This document shows, in pieces, positions 63,436-64,000 of a stretch of DNA of 64,000 nucleotides. The stretch is from assembly GCA_045580305.1 (NCBI GenBank), contig JAZNNQ010000035.1, forward strand, positions 15,437-79,436, read 5' to 3'. The notes below the pieces were generated by a model. That model was not told where the DNA came from. It made no database searches and saw only the letters and a list, made by a program, of their open reading frames with translations. This stretch comes from Eubacteriales bacterium. Its GTDB lineage: Bacteria > Bacillota > Clostridia > Oscillospirales > JAAYXM01. Every line of letters starts with the position of its first letter. Positions within the stretch are counted from its first letter, which is position 1. Made by a program: the position numbers and the translations under genes.

Positions 63436-63526
63436 TTTTGACTCCACCTTTTCTTTGTGACAGATTTTTATCCGCGCTCGCTTCAGCAAGCACACGGATA
63501 TTTTTGAAAAAACTTACCTATATTAT

Positions 63527-63555
63527 ATTCTAATGGTTTTCTCCGCATTTGTCAA
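63527..63555 (-). promoter_or_regulatory. Promoter of the icd-like gene
   Basis: The minus strand reads TTGACA (63555-63550), a 17-nt spacer, then TAGAAT (63532-63527). This leaves a 5' UTR of about 85 nt containing a hairpin (tatccg...cggata). Confidence 0.6.
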
Positions 63556-63607
63556 CGGCGATTACAAAATGTATACACCTTTTTAAGGGTGACTTTTAAT
63601 TATGCAA

Positions 63608-63945
63608 TTATGCACATTTTACATTTTTTTCCATCATCAAAATAGTGCCTCGGTTTTGCAAAAATTGGGGGTTTTGATACCTTTTTTACACCTTAGCCCC
63701 CGGTCTTATTTTATGACATTTTCTGTAATTTTATTTTACATAATTTAATTTCATTGCAAGTTCTACGAATAGTTGTGCACATTTTCCACAAGGTTTTTCA
63801 CAAGGTTCAATCCATTGTAGCGCAAGGGTTTTCGCGTTTTATTTCATTTTTTGACAATTCCGCAACCGATATTTCCACCGGTTTTCCCACAGCGTTATTT
63901 GTTTACATAATTCAGTCTATATCGACAGATAAATACCGTGCATAA
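63608..63945. promoter_or_regulatory. Cluster of DnaA-box-like 9-mers in a non-coding AT-rich region
   Basis: Matches to TTATNCACA:
- TTATGCACA (63608-63616, perfect)
- TTGTGCACA (63773-63781, one mismatch)
- TTTTCCACA (63782-63790, one mismatch)
- TTTTTCACA (63794-63802, one mismatch)
- reverse-orientation CGTGCATAA (63937-63945, one mismatch to TGTGNATAA). Confidence 0.45.
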
Positions 63946-64000
63946 AAACCTTGCATACTTTAAACATTATAAATCAAAAAAATGACTAAAGAAGCATCAC

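Noticed and set aside
63773-63803. Possible Rex operator (TTGTGCACATTTTCCACAA, next to rex/icd)
   Set aside because: The half-sites TTGTG and CACAA are separated by 9 nt, not the 8 nt of the TTGTGAA-N4-TTCACAA consensus. The AA/TT flanks are not matched. The site also lies more than 200 nt upstream of the icd-like promoter. The DnaA-box reading explains all three adjacent 9-mers better, but Rex binding is not excluded.
63754-63945. 63-aa plus-strand ORF in the terminal intergenic region
   Set aside because: It has no RBS, starts at TTG in AT-rich DNA and has an aromatic, low-complexity composition. It overlaps the DnaA-box-like repeats and is more likely non-coding.
1-64000. Mobile elements, prophage, CRISPR arrays, defence systems, rRNA/tRNA genes
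   Set aside because: I saw no transposase, integrase or recombinase-like ORFs and no long inverted or direct repeats flanking a block. I saw no regularly spaced repeat array and no cloverleaf-like or rRNA-like segments. Every sizeable ORF is accounted for by housekeeping or envelope functions.

Overview
This is a chromosomal, mostly housekeeping window from a spore-forming Firmicute. The gene content looks Clostridia-like: spoVB, a ytaF-like gene, yaaT/ricT, a SpoVD-type PBP and GlnRS are all present. All protein calls rest on motif recognition by eye, because no database search was possible. I annotate 61 protein genes, 46 on the minus strand and 15 on the plus strand. I found no rRNA or tRNA genes, no CRISPR array, and no transposase, integrase or phage block. 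From left to right the window contains:
- gltX (3' end off window) and glnS
- a ytaF-like membrane protein
- the rpmG-secE-nusG-rplK-rplA-rplJ-rplL cluster with an L10-type leader
- ruvX and a signal-less amidase
- a rearranged dcw cluster running mraZ-rsmH-ftsL-pbp-murE-murF-mraY-ftsW-murG-murA-ftsQ-DUF881-sbp-ftsZ
- a three-gene amino-sugar-type operon
- dinB with a CBM9-like protein
- feoAB
- wecC with an unknown membrane protein
- a T-box riboswitch controlling a Na+/solute symporter
- tkt
- rpsO-pnp
- spoVB
- a GNAT/aldose-epimerase fusion
- the yaaO-darA-holB-yaaT block
- alr and a FemAB-family transferase
- an envelope glycopolymer locus (DegT aminotransferase, glycosyltransferases, a GT-CsaB fusion, DUF4330, an O-antigen-ligase-like protein, VanZ), followed by a two-component system and an SLH protein
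- icd-rex
- a non-coding AT-rich stretch of more than 430 nt carrying a DnaA-box cluster at the right edge
Several ORF-track starts were moved to RBS-supported internal starts. I did not find a convincing self-contained novel system such as a defence island. The most checkable non-routine items are the T-box/symporter pair, the DnaA-box cluster (possible origin-proximal element), the GT-CsaB fusion within the SLH-linked glycopolymer locus, an uncharacterised 514-aa protein, the PIG-L/NagB-like/oxidoreductase operon and the GNAT-epimerase fusion.
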